From Eledone cirrhosa (Eukaryota), in assembly GCA_964016885.1 (NCBI GenBank), contig OZ024765.1, positions 9,796,001-9,860,000 of the forward strand: 64,000 nucleotides of DNA, written 5' to 3'. The notes below the pieces were generated by a model. That model was not told the origin of the DNA and made no database searches. It saw nothing but the letters and a program-made list of their open reading frames with translations. Shown here one piece after another: positions 62,880 through 64,000 of this stretch. How positions within the stretch are numbered: position 1 is the stretch's first letter; every line of letters starts with the position of its first letter. Position numbers and translations under genes: made by a program.

Positions 62880-63390
62880 ACTTACCATTCCATCTTGCCA
62901 GAAACAACCCTGAGTACCTTTTTGATTTCCATGTGTCTAACACACGTGGGCATGCCTACAAAGTCAGAAAACAGCACAGCTCCCATGACTTTCGGAAACA
63001 TTTTTTCATGCTCAGAGTTGCTGAAGCATGGAACAAACTACCTGCATCAGCTGTTAGCTGTCAAGACACTGCATCCTTTAAAACCTCCATGGAACAAGCT
63101 ACCTGCATCAGTTGTTAGCTGTCGAGACACTGCATCCTTTAAAACCTCCATGGAACAAGCAACCTGCATCAGTTGTTAGCTGTCGAGACACTGCATCCTT
63201 TAAAACCTCCATGGAACAAGCTACCTGCATCAGTTGTTAGCTGTCGAGACACTGCATCCTTTAAAACCTCCATGCTGCCTGAGATTCGCCAACACTAACA
63301 CCTGATATCCCCCCTCCATACACACGCACACATGTATCTGTGTGTTTATCATGACTCATACACTGTTCACTTTCCTGACATCTGTACATT
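62880..63390 (+). mobile_element. CR1 LINE 3' fragment with 61-bp internal tandem (x4)
   Basis: SNTRGHAYKVRKQHSSHDFRKHFFMLRVAEAWNKLPAS; catggaacaagctacctgcatcag... repeated over 63027-63273. Confidence 0.85.
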
Positions 63391-63562
63391 CGGTAGAGGG
63401 TCGGACACCATGCTTTCCAGCATAGTTACGTCCCTTTATGATCTGAGTTCAAATCCCGCCGAGGTTGACTTTGCCTTTCATCCTTACGGGGTCGATAAAA
63501 TAAAGTACCAGTAATGCACTGGGTAATTTGCTGGCCTTGTGCCTAAAGTAGAAACAATTATT
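63390..63562 (+). mobile_element. SINE inserted in CR1 tail
   Basis: Same family as 44468-44640. Confidence 0.85.
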
Positions 63563-63941
63563 CTATGTACTATACATGCAACTTTGATGAGTTGTAGTGC
63601 ACCTGAGCACTGTACACAATAATTTCATTATTATCATTATTATTATATTTTCATGGTAAAGGCTTTACCTCACGTAATATCAAATCTATGAGATTTTTAT
63701 ATTATTTATTTTGAGAACAGAAAGAGGTGAGAGAATTCTGGGCGGATATGGCCGGTTTGACCCTTTAGCATTTAAATTACTCTATATTAACTATTATATT
63801 TTCACAGTAAAGGCTTTATCTCACATAATATCGAATCCATGAGATTTTGATATCTATTTTGAGAACAGTACCTTAATATCAGTATGAGTGGCCGGTTACA
63901 GCTGGTTTGAACAGAAAGAGGTGAGAGAATTCTGGCCAGAT

Positions 63942-63974
<33 letters not shown>

Positions 63975-64000
63975 CCCACACACACACATATATATATATA

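Overview
AT-rich, microsatellite-dense animal genomic DNA, most likely octopus/cephalopod. That assignment is an inference from the SINE families, RTE/CR1 LINE fragments, a C2H2 zinc-finger remnant and very long (TA)n/(CA)n tracts. Almost all ORFs in the supplied track are microsatellite or repeat artefacts. The only intact host gene is a spliced aldo-keto reductase on the minus strand: 7 exons from 60462 to 48010, with the 5' exon(s) not identified. The main anomaly is a young, ~28 kb head-to-tail array (12232-40158) of a ~4.49 kb unit, six full copies plus a partial seventh. It is flanked by older diverged paralogous blocks and, further out, by ~1 kb inverted arms (6213-8510 / 44085-45870). 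Each unit carries (i) four tRNA-like RNA-polymerase-III-type modules with a shared upstream TATA element, arranged -/+/+/- around a CCGGAAGT-containing palindrome, (ii) a TATA...AATAAA cassette spanning a decayed CR1 reverse-transcriptase C-terminus, and (iii) an unassigned protein-like insert. Other notable items are a well-formed type I hammerhead ribozyme in sense orientation in an AKR intron plus several decayed relatives, a minisatellite built from ~14 copies of an AKR splice donor, a decayed Tc1 transposon, and several long hairpins and minisatellites. All calls were made by eye; no database searches or folding programs were run.
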